DNA of 64,000 bases. Origin: Antedon mediterranea. Its lineage: Eukaryota > Animalia > Echinodermata. This document shows positions 35,764-49,327 of the stretch, in pieces; position 1 is the stretch's first letter, and the number at the start of each line of letters is the position of its first letter. Under the pieces are notes generated by a model. It saw nothing but the letters and a program-made list of their open reading frames with translations. It was not told the origin of the DNA and did no database searches. The position numbers and the translations under genes are program-made. Location: NCBI RefSeq assembly GCF_964355755.1, contig NC_092679.1, forward strand, positions 20,319,432-20,383,431. Direction: 5' to 3'.

Positions 35764-37621
35764 TTAGGCCTACTCTTCTATTCTATTGTCGAACAAGGCC
35801 TCAATATGACAATCCAAGTGCATACATAAGGCAAGGAGGAGTGAAATTTCAAATTAATTTCGCTTTCTCTTGCATAAAGCTATATTTGAACAGTATAGGC
35901 CTAACATAATTCTTGCAAATGTTTTCAGGCAATAAATTTACACTATACATTTTTCGTTTAGCACATTCAAAATTTGATAAAATCATTAAAATTCATCCGG
36001 CAATGATTTGTGAAGATTCGTCAGATAAAAAATAGTAATGTATCAACATCGGATATGTCAAAACTCGAGCAGCTACACTCTGTATCTACTGATTTCATTT
36101 ATTTTGTAAAATCGTTGTCGTTTATTAGTTGTCATTATACAGTTTAAGAAGTTAACGTCAGTGATTACTGAATGAGACTTTAAGCCGTTGGTCTTTCGTT
36201 ATGAATTCTTCGAAAACTATTGATTTATAAATAACACTTTCTGTCGTCACTGTGTCACTAATTTACCAGATTGTCAGTGTTGTACCTCTCCACAAGCTGA
36301 ATAATTTGCCCAGTACCGGTATCATAGACAATTCCGTAATACAGCATCTCATATGTTCACACGCGTGGTGCCTGTATCATCTAAGGTTAGGGATTTTTAA
36401 AAGATAAAATTGGCTCTCGTATAGTTTAGTGCAAGATACAGTAGATAAGTTTATTCTCACAACAAAATCGGTTCAGTTTGCCAGATGTCTTCTTGAAACA
36501 AACTATCCTTCATAATTAATTTACTAATTAAGTTATAATTAGTAAAATAAATTAACAATTTAAAGTTCCACATAAAATTTATACTCAGTTATATACACCG
36601 AGTAATGTGCGTAATTAATTCCCCTGGCTGTTCATATTATCTTGATCATATTCTGATAGGCTTGGGCACCCCGGTGAAGGGGGGGGGGGGGGGGGCACTG
36701 CATGTCTGCGATGTATAATTTCAATCTTTAATTGTATCAATGTTTTTAATTAACTTCGGTATGTTGCACAGGTTTTGTTGGTTAGAAGGTGTCGGAAATA
36801 AGAAGATGGAATTGAAGATCATCGTGACTTGTCTTGTTCAGAATTGTGTCAGTTGTTGTTGGATTGTTACCTTTGACCTATTTATCCCAGCAGGCGATAC
36901 CGCGCCTGGAGCATAGATGGTAGATATATGTATACAATATTTAGAAGATGAAAATGAGATCATTTCATTCTGTCTATCTACCCATTTACAACAATTTCTT
37001 AAAGAAAAAAATGACATTCAAAATTACATTACATTATGTTTATAATTAAAAGTCAAGAGAGATTAATTAATTCTCGTAGATTTGAAATAATTATTTTAAT
37101 CAACAAAAGTTTCATTCAAATAAAATCGCCCACTTTTACTCAACCTTTCATAATACAATACGGTACAACTTTCGTCTGAAATGCATGTTATCTCCGTATC
37201 GAAATCTAGTTTTCCGATGCGTTATTTCAGAAAACCCTGGTTATTGTATTTAGGCCTAACTAAGCTAATATCTTAACGAAATTATAATTATTTATTTATA
37301 TTATAAACCAGGTCGAATCGTTATAACATTACCGATACGTTTCAATTCATTTTTTTCTGATCCTTCAGCACACGGTTTGTCCGGTTGATGAAAATACAGT
37401 ATTTATACTCAAATTGTTCATACAATGGGGTTGGATCGCAATTCACGGTCAGAAAAAGCACGATGCCAAAAGTTCATCAAATTATATGTGAAAGTAAAAA
37501 TATAGGTCTCAACACACATGTTAAATAATAATCACGTATTAAATGTGCATTAACTGCGACGGCAAGCTTTTCATCTGTGTTTTAATGTGCGGGTAATGCA
37601 TACATGTTGTACAAAGGCTTA

Positions 37622-37817
37622 AGCTCTGTCTACACTATAAAAGAAACGTGATGTGCCCATATATGGACACGATCATGTCATATTACTACCATATCTGGGA
37701 ATATTATTATCGTATTTGATGTCATATCATATCACTACTATATTTGGGCATATCACTACTATATTTGGACAAATCACACTTTTATTGTCAAACTAGTTTG
37801 ATAGTGTAGACAGAGCT
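37622..37817. mobile_element. MITE family A copy
   Basis: agctctgtctacactat / atagtgtagacagagct TIRs, TTA TSD, four internal units. Confidence 0.85.
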
Positions 37818-39424
37818 TTACAAAGTACGACAGAACACATGACGTCACTATTAATTAATTATCTCTTCTTCGTTCTAAAAACACTGACGTCGTCCTAAGG
37901 AAAACATTTTAAATTTAATTTATCCCAATCTATGCAAAGTGCACTCTGTGATATATATAATAACATCTACATTCATATTTGATTTGATTAAAATATCATA
38001 TAACGTCAGTTATATTAAATTAGTTTAATCTATAGACTACATTTTTTTCTGGCCTTCATTTCGATTGAACTTTCAGTCGTCTATTTTAGGAGAGTTCTGA
38101 TCAGAGAAATGTATGATTCGATCATTTCGTCCAACAAAAAGATACTCTTCGGAATAATTTCATTTCTTTAGACACGCATTGAACTATAATAAAAAAAATA
38201 CCAGAGCTAATGAAAAACGGATATTAAAATTACTATGATACTTTAGAGACGAGAAAGGGATATAAATGAAAGACGAAAACAAAATAAAGAGATGTTTCTT
38301 CTGAGATAACATTAACATTAGCTTTGATGTTATACCGCATGTAGAAATAATTAATGAAATATGATTTTAGAAGGTAAAGATATTTAAACGATAAAATATC
38401 GGGCACTATTATTAATTAATATGGGTTTCACAACAACAACAAAACAAAACAAAAACACGGTATTTAAGAAAAAACTGTATCCGCATCCCCATATAGGTCT
38501 AAGTTTTCGGTCGTGAGGCATCGCGTTTTCCCCACCACCAGCAATACAATACAACATTACTGTAACTCGTCTATTCAATTACAAAATCATTCATGGATGA
38601 GAAACTGAATATGATTGGTTTAAAGTTTTGTTAAAGCCATTTAAAGGATGACTTGCCTTACACGGTGTGGGTATCGCCTCATATTATTACGTATGATCAT
38701 ATGCACACTTCACTGCACATCAACGGTTTTCAGTTATAATTTTGAGTGAGAAAGTAACTTTTAAACTAAAACACTGCAAGCATTCATGTTTAAAAGGGAT
38801 AATTCATGAAATAAAATAAAATAACATATCAACCATGAATTTCTTCCTGGTGTGAGCCTTTTTTTTACATTTCCTTTTACTGTGAACTTTCATGCAATTT
38901 TATAGCACCCTAACAAACACCCAACTGGATACCGTGTACTCTAAGTATTTAAATAAAAACATTATCTGAGCACACTCAGGATAGATCAGCTTATGTTTCG
39001 TCTTTGTTTTCATAAATATAACCTATGACTGCACACGACAGTTGTATGTTTTCTTTTCTACTATTATAATCTAAACATGAATTAAACCTATAGTATCAGG
39101 TAGATTTTCATCACATCCGATATTGAATCTTTTGCGTAATGGGCGTTCCATACGATTCTTGTGGACCATCCGAATTAAGCTTGATCGCTATGGAATTTTA
39201 AACACAACAGATGATGGTATAATATCTATATTGACATTCCTCTAGCCCGGAATATAATAGTTGAAGTTTCTATGCTGTGGAAATGTATGTCGGGTTATTC
39301 TCATTTTTTATTGTATTATATTTGTGACAAAGGGGTTGCGTATATTTACAGTATGTCTGTACAACAACGCAAAATTCGAAATTATTTCCGCCCGTCTGTC
39401 TGTCTGTTTGCTCTCCTAAAGCAT

Positions 39425-39706
39425 GGTTCCCACTACGGCAAATCCTAAAATTTGGTTGGCACTACAACAAATCCTAAAATCATAGGGCTTGGTCCTTCCA
39501 AGGCTATTGATAGCCAGGTCCCACTACGCCAGACCTAAAGATGGGTACACACTACGACACATCCTAAATATTGGATTCCACTACCACCAATCCTAAAGCT
39601 CGGTTCCCACTACTACAAATCCTAACTTTGTTCCCACTACGACAAATCCTAACTTTGTTCCCACTACGACAAATCCTAATTTTTTTTCCACTACGTAAAA
39701 TTCTAA
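39425..39706. repeat. Minisatellite of ttcccactacgacaaatcctaa-based ~27-30 bp units
   Basis: About 9 imperfect copies visible. Confidence 0.85.
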
Positions 39707-42373
39707 AGCATATTATGTTCTTTTTTGATTGTTGCTTTTATTTGAAATTTAAGGATGAATGTAGGCCTACTGAAGATGAAAAGGTGAAATAAAATATGAG
39801 ACGAATTGAATTTGTATACAGTACGCGCAACCCACGTGATACTCTAACTTTTTTAGGAGGACTGCGCATGCGCGACTTTGATGGAAATATCCGTTAACTT
39901 GCTTGATTGTGGCACATTTACCGCGACAAACGCTTCGGAGCGGACGGATTTTAATCAAATTGTAATGGTTCTGTAGCCAACAGTCACGGATAGAGAAACG
40001 TATCAACGACGAATGGATTATGCCACCCTGGCTTTTCTGATGTGTGAACTTGTTATTGCTGGTGCAACACTTATGTTGTAGATGCCTTTTTTATTATAGT
40101 GTTGATACCAATTAATGAATACGAACTCTTTTACTATTCAATTTCAACCCTGGAATATATGCTGATTCAAGATGTCCATTTGAGTCTTTTCATTTTGGTA
40201 AGTTTGTTTTTGTTGTTCTAATGAATATTCATGTATTAGATATTCCATTGTCGGCATTCCGTTTCCATTTGCACTACCTACGCTACTGGACATACACATA
40301 CAACAATTATTGTAAACAAAACTTTAAGAGCACAAAATGCCTTATCGTGTGAAAGCACGTTAGAGTCTGTTCGTTGTGTCAAAAACCTGGAGAAAACGCC
40401 GATGTTTTCTTTATTCCAGGGACCCCATTCTGAAAACGACCGATAGGCCTATATTAAATGCTAATTTCTCTATTGCATTTCATCTATTGCTAGTGATGAC
40501 TTTTCTCCTCCGTCTTTGACAGCAACAAATATATATTATATTAATGTCATTAAGTTTATACAGAACGGATATACTGTAGTGGTAAGGAAACAATATGCTA
40601 CAAAAGTATTAAATATGTGCTGCTATCTAGCAGCAATCTTTTTGGGATCTGCCTTCGTCCAGTTTTTTTTTATTATCTCTTGCCATTGTTGTTTTTGTTA
40701 TACTATTAGTCTTTTGGACGTTAATAAATGTTCTTTGAATTGAATTGAATTCAGAATTGTAAATTTAATGACGTGGCGAATGTTAAGATTACCGCATTTC
40801 AATTTTTTTTTAAATAGCCATGAAAGATTATTTTTATGATAGGCCTATATTATTATAATAGTAATAAGTTCATTATGTAGGCTTAATGTTATATTCATGA
40901 ATTCATAATGTAATTATGAATATGATCTATAATAATTATGTATAATCTCAAGTATTATTCGGTAAATCTTTGTGATCATAACCTGTTTCTTGAAATCCCC
41001 GCCGTTAGATTAAAACTTCAGTGTCATAAAACCGTGTCAACAATAATGATACAGTTTGGTAATATTAAGAAGTGTTTATGATACTGCTCCGCTATTTCTA
41101 AATTAGTCATGAGTATGGTAGGCATATTCTGTGATACAGCGTCTCATGTGTTTCACATGTGATGCATGCATCATATAAACTAACCTAACATTCCATGACA
41201 GGCATCGTGTGATACACGCTGTATTACGTAGTGTGCCCGATACTAGACAAATACTTTATAGATTATCATATGTGGCACCATGTGATACACATAGATGCTG
41301 TATTACAGAATTTGCCTGATACTGGACAAACATAGATCGTTATATGTGACGATTGTTTGGAAGAGATGACTAAGTACAGTAGATGCGATATAACCACCGG
41401 TTTAATCTCTAAATCTTTGATAAATGTCTCAAATTGATTGTAAATTAATAGAATTAAATATTGTCAATCTTCCAATTTGTCTTTTAATAAACCAACTGTA
41501 TATCTACGCAAAAAAAAATTGAAGCTGACGCTTAGAGCTGTCAGATCAACGCAATACAATTGAAAGTTGACGCTTAAAGTTGTGAGAGCGACGGGAGGCC
41601 TACAGTTGGTTAATTTAGCTGTTGTAGGTTGGTGGTCTTTAGTAGCCACAGGGTGGAAGTAGGGTAGATGGTCACCCACCATTACAGATATAACAGCTGA
41701 ACTAAAAGTCATTTAAGATATGATCTGTGGCTAAAGAGAGGACATGTTTTGCAAGTCAATGTCCGGCCGAGAGAATTAAAATCGTGACAAAATGGATAGG
41801 TGTTTACAATATTATGAATAAACGAATGACGATACAATGATCATCAATTTACCCTTTCTTCTGCGATCCTTTTCTAAATTGTTTAATACAATAGACTTTC
41901 CGCAGCCGTGTTACGAAACGACGTCAAGCAAAGCTCTGACAATTGTCTGACAAATACATTTTAGATTTTCGATTTCATTCTAGCCATCACAACTTTGATA
42001 TAGTTACACTTAGTTGGGGATACTACGTGCATATTGATTGGTGCATAGTCATGTGGAGCGTCGTGACAAACGAAACATTTCATTTTCCGGCGCCCGATCG
42101 GAACCGTGAAAAAACAGGTGTGAAAGACCCTTTATAGATGGACACGAAAGAAAGGTTTTCCAATAGAATGTAAACAATATTTTATGGAAGAACCTAGTAC
42201 TGGCCGTCCTCTTTTTGCTTTCTCGTGTTTTTCAAAATAGAACATTATTTCCTGCTTGCTGCGCTGACAATGTCTTGTGAACGTATATATCATCATATCA
42301 TCATCATCATAATAACATTTATTTCTTATCATTTCAAAGTAAACAAAATAACAATTTAAATATATATATATAT

Positions 42374-42675
42374 GCATTGATGAAGGGCTAGTGTTTCCCG
42401 AAAGCTCTGCTAACTTTTCTGGCTGTTTTACTTCTCGTTTTGATTTAGCTTTTCGCTTTTATTTTGTATCTCCATTGAGATCCAGCCACTGATACCCACA
42501 GCATTGTCATTTTTTCAGTAATTTGCCTTTAGATTGATAAATATATATATATATATAAATCCAAAGGCAAATTACTGAAAAAATGACAATGCTATAAATC
42601 CAAAGGCAAATTACTGAAAAAATGACAATGCTGTGGGTATCAGTGGCTGGATCTCAATGGAGATACAAAATAAAA
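42374..42675 (+). mobile_element. Penelope-like element pseudo-LTR fragment with partial inverted duplication, in (TA)n
   Basis: 42458-42534 is repeated in inverted orientation at ~42597-42674, with an extra 39-bp tandem copy at 42555-42593. (TA)n tracts at 42360 and 42541. Hammerhead-like TTGATGA-aGGG...CCC-GAAA at 42377-42403. Confidence 0.6.
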
Positions 42676-43111
42676 TAATTATTGCTATACATACTGTGTT
42701 TAGATGGCGGAAATATTATAATGTGAATGAAGATGACAATTATATTACAAATAACCATTTTGGCCATTATAGACCAATTCTTCATTCTTAATAGACAGTC
42801 AATTCTCCACTCTAACACACAAATTGATTTTATTTTGATTGATGGATTCTCTGTGAGTAAAATGAAATGTAACCATTAAATAAATACTTCCTAATGAAAA
42901 AGGAAAGATATACTGTTTATCATCTATGGGTCAATTTAAACGGGCTAATTGGACTCAAACGTTGCTCGTTTCTTGTTCTTATAATATTGTGGTAAAGCTA
43001 TAAAATATTTCCAATATCGTCCATTTCTTATAATAAAAAGAGAAGGTATAAATTGTCCATGTTTACACTGTAAGTGTTTGCTTATACTAAAGTATAGCGT
43101 TTTAGTATCAA

Positions 43112-43320
43112 ATTATTACAAATTCGACAACTTTTTTACAACAAAAAAAGTATTACAAATGCGAAAACTTTATTACAAATGCGAAAAGATTATTACAAAG
43201 TGGAAATTTTATTACAAAGTGCGACAACTTTATTTCAAAGTACGAACAAATTATTACAAAGTGCGACAACTTTTATTACAAATTGCGACAACTTTATAAA
43301 AAAATTGCGACAACTTGTAT
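43112..43320. repeat. Tandem ~21-22 bp repeat ttattacaaagtgcgacaactt
   Basis: About 10 imperfect copies. They explain ORFs 43078 and 43179. Confidence 0.85.
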
Positions 43321-45070
43321 TCCAAACACTTTATTGCAAAACTTTAAACAAACCTATTTTCCCTACCTGGATTTTCTGGACTTTTAGTATGTTCATAATA
43401 ATAGGGACCTTATAAAAGAGCATTGTGGTGTAATAAATTCTGTTTCAATTTGTTCAACTATATTTCATATTTTTTCTGTATTAATAGTAGTGGTATTTAT
43501 TGCATGAATGTTTCATGTTGATACTACAATGATTTTAACAAGTGGGTTTTAGAGGCTTTAAAACCACGCGGGAAGTTCAACTGACCGTTTTCACACGTGT
43601 GGCCTATATCTGTTCTATTCTTTATAGTATAGGAAGGGATTTTACTTCTTTTCTTCATACTATCACCCATGAGATGTGGCCTTCTCCATAATTGTTCAGA
43701 CATAACGTATGAAGATTTTAAATGATAGACATACCTATATTTGTCACTTACAAGGTTTTGGATTAAGTCAATGCTAAATGATGACACTTATTATTGGTAA
43801 AGAAATGTTTCCCTGGACAGATATTTGCGAAAGTTACTAGTGACATTTGGCATAATCATCGCCTTCAGGTTCTATCTGAAGGACGAGTGAAAGTTGTTCA
43901 TAATATTTGTTTCAGAAAAGAAAAACATTGAACTCGGTTATCTGGAGTGTGTCCTTAGTAAATCGGTCATCGTCCATTTAGTTTCATATATGCAGTTACT
44001 ATTGTACTTGTAGAGGAATAACAAAATATTATATTTCGACCGTCGTGAGCCACACAATCAATGTTTTTAGTATCTGATCCGATACTTTAGATAGATGCCT
44101 ACATCAACATAGTTTGTGTAGCAAATTAGTATTGGAACTTACAATAGCCATACAATTAGCATTTGCATTCAACAATGAGACACTATCACGTAACATACAC
44201 CGATATTAAAACAGCAGAGATCTGGTAATTTCATCTTTGGAAAAATAACAAAACATTTTTTATATTTGTTTATTCCATTATCGGATTACTAGTTAGGTGC
44301 AATTAAGTAGTTTGCGTAAGTGTGCGCCTTATCCCCGTGTTCTAAGCCCATTCGAGCGTTTATGGCGTCGAACCATGTACAGGTATGCAGGCCTACTGCT
44401 ATGTCTTCAAAGTATTTTTACCTCGTCAATTAGTTGTCATTTCGACACGCTTTGGCATCCAGCTGAATCATAACATTTGTTTTCTGAGTCCTAGTGTAAT
44501 GTTGTATATTCTGTTACTTATGTCGAATACTCACACGTTTTATTACTTTGAATAGGCCTTCACTACGACGCTAGTGATTTGTGTTATTATACTGTGGCTT
44601 AATTACAAGATATTATAACTAGATTTATATCGTCACGTCAACATAGGCATCATCATTAATCATAACAATCACATTTTGTCATCTCTTAATTGCGTTGTAA
44701 CAATTAATATAAATTAAAATTAAAATTAAAATTAAAATATGTGTTAAAACAACAAATTAAATGCAATACAACTCCACATTTCCGCGGCGCGAACCTAGAG
44801 ATATAAGTAAAAAACAATTAAAAAAACATTCTGCAATGAGCACGTCCCCTCCCCTACCTACCCCACTTTGCAGCAGAACTACATCTACGTGTACATATTA
44901 TTTATGTAGAACAACAAATATTTAATAAAACAATTATTTAGAAAATAATGTTAAATGTATAGATCTAATGCTGTTATGATACAAAGATCAAGTGTATGAG
45001 CTTCGTTCAAACTTCCAAACACAATTATCATTAGTACCACTCCTTGTAAAAAAGGACAGCCCTTTTGTGA

Positions 45071-45300
45071 AGGGTGTGTGGCGCAGTGTGTTGGACGTTG
45101 GGCTACCGATCGTGAGATCGAGGTTCGAATCCAACTCTGCCGCATTGCTTGTATCCTAGGCAAGATACTTTAATTCGTTTGCCTCTCTCCATCCAGGTGT
45201 ATAAATGGTTACCTGGTTAGAGCAAGACACAACTTTGCGCTGATTACTAGCTGCATTATGGGAGTATGTTTCCATTAGGCGCTATATATATATATTATTA
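45071..45300 (+). mobile_element. tRNA-derived SINE with CORE-like central domain
   Basis: A box TGGCGCAGTGTG, B box GGTTCGAATCC, then cctaggcaagatactttaa...gcctctctccatccaggtgtataaatgg (resembles the MIR/CORE consensus). Tail gcgctatatatatatattattatta. Confidence 0.8.
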
Positions 45301-46707
45301 AGTAGTCGTCTTTATCCATTATTCTATTTCATTGAGGGTTCCGTCAAATTGGGGGAAAAAACCAACATATAGTTTAGCAACGTGGTTGTAGACCGAGGTA
45401 CATTAAGTTCTGTCGGGTAAGTTACATACCGAAAGAACATGAGATAATAGTATGCCTATAGACGCACGGTCCATCATTGTTTTAGGTTTTATTGCTAACA
45501 GCGGATACAAGGCGTTCTGTTGTATGAGATTATTATTAGGATTGGCGCCTTTAACTGTGGTTTGCAAGTCGATAGAGTAGCTCTTTATATAAAATAATAT
45601 CTTGTAATATTCTTTGTTTAATGTTGACGCCATCATAATATTGGACAGCGATAGTTTAGCAATGCTTTTCGTGCAATTAGTGTAGTGCATTATTATCAGC
45701 TGACGTAACGGTATTGATGAATGACCGTCATTAACGTGACGTCATAATGATGTCATATATAAAAAAGGTAAAAGTTTTTTATATGATTTCTAACATGATA
45801 TTTAAGATATATATTTTTAAACAAGCTGGTATCATTATACCACAAGAAAGAGTATTTTACGAAAGTTTTAACTATTTATATTATTCCCAATCGTCTTTAT
45901 GTAAGTTTCTATTCATAATTTATTTTAGTAGAACATTATATCATATAAGACGGTATGTTAAATGTTGACGTTGAGTTCTTAAATATCCTTTAATATATCC
46001 TCATATTTCTCAAATGTAAAATGTGTGTAGGGGGTGGAGGGGGTTGGGGGCTATTGGAACAAAATATAAACCCCTAAACTAGGACGAATAGAAAGAATGC
46101 TATTAAGTTAATATGTTTAAACACTAAGAGAGACTATTTGGAGATAATTGAATATGTTATGGTTAAAATAATATGCATGAATGTTAGTATACGACATTAT
46201 CTGTTGATACAGATATCAATAAACATGTCATAGTCGAGCTAAACAAACATCGTTTATGCAGTAAAATAATTAGTGGCGATTGCGTCAAAGGTCAATTACA
46301 AATTCAATTATTATGCAGACCTACTTATTTTTGTTAAACAGGGTAAGCGCATCTTTGATGACAGTTTTTATAATTTTGCTTATCCTCCGTAGCTCCTGTT
46401 CAATATGCTGTTTATGTCGAAAGATTTTAAATAATAAATTAAGATTAGAATAAATTGTTTTTAAAATAGGCATATTTTTCAAAATTTAGACATAGGACAG
46501 CAAATGATACAGATAGAATGTTCAAATTTCGCTTTGTGTAAAAAAGTTGCACTTAGAGGACCTCCACACACGAGGAACATATTTAACGCATACCCACCAC
46601 CGAAATATACCCATCTTTGATCTTGTACCACAAAATACTGCGTTTTTGTTGTTCGCGAAGTCCCTGGCGTAATTCGCTTAAAATCTAGTATCGGATGCTC
46701 TCACTTG

Positions 46708-47023
46708 ATTGGTTCCCACTAGAGACGCAAGCCGAGGACGAGACCCAACGCAAGGACGAGACGTAACGAAAGCAGGACGTAGATACAACGTAAGCAAGTT
46801 GACAAATGACAAGCGACAGGAGGAATATTGCTTGTTCAAATCACTTAATGCTTGGTTCCCACTAGGACAAAATGCGAGAATGTAGACGTAATTCGCAAGG
46901 GAGTTGACTTGTAATTGGTCGACTCACTTACGTTGCGTTACATCCTTGCGTCTGTAGCGGAAACCAAGATTTACGTTGCGCTTACAACACGTGCCTGCGT
47001 TGTGTCTCTAGTGGGAACCAAGT
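46708..47023. mobile_element. MITE family B, nested pair
   Basis: Outer ttggttcccactagagac ... gtctctagtgggaaccaa. Inner copy gcttggttcccactag ... gtagcggaaaccaag at ~46850-46969. Confidence 0.7.
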
Positions 47024-47468
47024 TCAATTGTGTTATATTGTTGATAGAAAAACTTAATAACATTATCTAATATGTTGATCTTGTCGATCATCACGCGACA
47101 ATAATCGTGTAACTCACCACATTACTGTTAAATACCACACCAGGTTAAGTTATGATTTACCGACAACATTAATGTAATTATGTCTATAATAGCCGTTAGA
47201 AAAATTTGACACAATTCTGTGACACTATGATAGGTTTAACGGGTGTTGCTGATGTGATAATTCAGGCTGTTGAAGAAAGGCCTCATTGGATTTACGAGGA
47301 AGATTAGCAGACACGCGGCTGCCGCGCGAACAACTTGTGTTTTTACGCGGAATACGGCTACGGCAAAATGTAAAGGGGTATAATAAAATAATGTAGATAA
47401 TAATGGTAGATTCAAAATAGTCGCGCGAAAAAATCGGCTTAACGTTCACGATGGAGTTGTAAACCTAA

Positions 47469-47620
47469 AGCTTTGTTCACACTAGCGACGCAACGCAAGG
47501 ACGTAACGCAACGTAAGTGATTTGACCAATCGCAAGCGATGGATTATTCGAAGAATGGCTTGTCATTGCGCTTGCGTTGAGCGTACGTCCTTGCGTTGTG
47601 TCTCTAGTGGAAACCACGCT
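47469..47620. mobile_element. MITE family B copy
   Basis: agctttgttcacactagcgacgcaacgcaaggacgta ... tacgtccttgcgttgtgtctctagtggaaaccacgct. TAA/TTA flanks. Confidence 0.8.
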
Positions 47621-48034
47621 TTAGAAATCGTGTTTAATTTTTAAGGATTGGAAAAGCATGTCAGCTCTAAAGGTATCATAATTGTCTTATTGTTGTTCTT
47701 ATTACTTTAATAACACGTTTCACGCACGTCAATATCTCGTTCAATTCAAGCGCGTTCATTTGAAACTAATTTTCTTTAGCGTTCAGTTAGAAATAACGCA
47801 AGTTATGAACACGCTAAGAAAACAATCAACACATATGTCATCATCTTTTGTTATCATTTTTGTTGTGGCCGTATATACTTTCAATTATGGAACGCTTATG
47901 AGATAACAATAATATTTCATTACATACCTTCAAAGATGTATTTCCGATAATAAACGAATGAAAGACGTTGAAATTATATATATATATAATATTAATAACG
48001 TATTTTGGTCACCAATGAATAATATCCATAGAAT

Positions 48035-49070
48035 TGAGAATAGACTAAAGCCAAAACAAGTGAGAATAGACAAAGGCCAAAACAAGTGAGAATAGACAAA
48101 AGCCAAAACAAGTGAGTATAGACTAAAGTCAAAACAAGTGAGAATATACTAAAGCCAAAACAAGGGAGTATAGACTAAAGCCAAAACAAGTGAGAATAGA
48201 CTAAAGTCAAAACAAGTGAGAATAGACAAAGGCCAAAACAAGTGAGAATAGACTAAAGTCAAAACAAGTGAGAATAGACTAAATCCAAAACAAGTGAGTA
48301 TAGACTAAATCCAAAACAAGTGAGTATAGACTAAAGTCAAAACAAGTGAGAATAGACTAAAGCCAAAACAAGTGAGAATAGACTAAATCCAAAACAAGTG
48401 AGAATATACTAAAGCCAAAGCAAGTGAGAATAGACCGTAAAGCCAAAACAAGTGAGAATAGACTAAAGTCAAAACAAGTGAGAAATAGACTAAAGCCAAA
48501 ACAAGTAGGCCTAAGAATAGACTAAAGCCAAAACAAGTGAGAAATAGACTAAAGTCAAAACAAGTGAGAAATAGACTAAAGTCAAAACAAGTGAGAAATA
48601 GACTAAAGTCAAAACAAGTGAGAATAGACCGTAAAGCCAAAACAAGTGAGTATAGACTAAAGTCAAAAACAAGTGAGTATAGACTAAAGTCAAAAACAAG
48701 TGAGAATAGACTAAAGCCAAAACAAGTGAGAATAGACTAAAGTCAAAACAAGTGAGAATAGACTAAAGTCAAAACAAGTGAGTATAGACTAAAGTCAAAA
48801 CAAGTGAGAAATAGACTAAAGTCAAAACAAGTGAGAAATAGACTAAAGTCAAAACAAGTGAGAATAGACTAAAGTCAAAACAAGGGAGTATAGACTAAAG
48901 TCAAAACAAGTGAGAATAGACTAAAGTCAAGACAAGTGAGAAATAGACTAAAGTCAAAACAAGTGAGAATAGACTAAAGTCAAAACAAGTGAGAAATAGA
49001 CTAAAGTCAAAACAAGTGAGAATAGACTTAAGTCAAAACAAGTGAGAAATAGACTAAAGCCAAAACAAGT
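48035..49070. repeat. 26-27 bp minisatellite (gtgagaatagactaaagtcaaaacaa)n, ~39 copies
   Basis: Head-to-tail units without spacers. Variants gcc/gtc/tcc, gaat/gtat/gaaat. Confidence 0.95.
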
Positions 49071-49257
49071 AAGGACAACAGCCCATCTTAAAAATTTCGT
49101 GATAATAAATTTAATGAAATATTTTGAACTAACGAACAATTTGCAAGTCTCGCTACAAAAACTATTTTTTTACCCTTGTCTTTTTTGTTGTTGCCGTGTT
49201 TGTGGTTATCATTGTTTTCTTGTTCGTTCTTTTGGTTGTTGGTTGTTTTTTTTTTTT

Positions 49258-49327
49258 TTTGCCGTTACATTTGTTGCCGTTACATTTGTTGCCGTTATTT
49301 TTGCTGCCGTTACATTTGTTGCCGTTG
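49258..49327. repeat. 15-bp tandem repeat (gccgttacatttgtt)n
   Basis: About 4.5 copies after a poly-T tract. Confidence 0.9.

Noticed and set aside
36772-36919. Candidate exon (cacag| ... |gtagat) after a poly-G tract
   Set aside because: Stops in all three plus-strand frames and no recognisable product. It could be UTR but this cannot be supported.
45071-45145. Functional tRNA gene
   Set aside because: A/B boxes are present but the cloverleaf is poor, and it continues into a SINE core and simple-repeat tail.
48035-49070. CRISPR array or coding repeat (ORFs 48383, 48511, 48537, 48954)
   Set aside because: Units are head-to-tail with no unique spacers, the context is eukaryotic, and the ORFs are by-products of the repeat.
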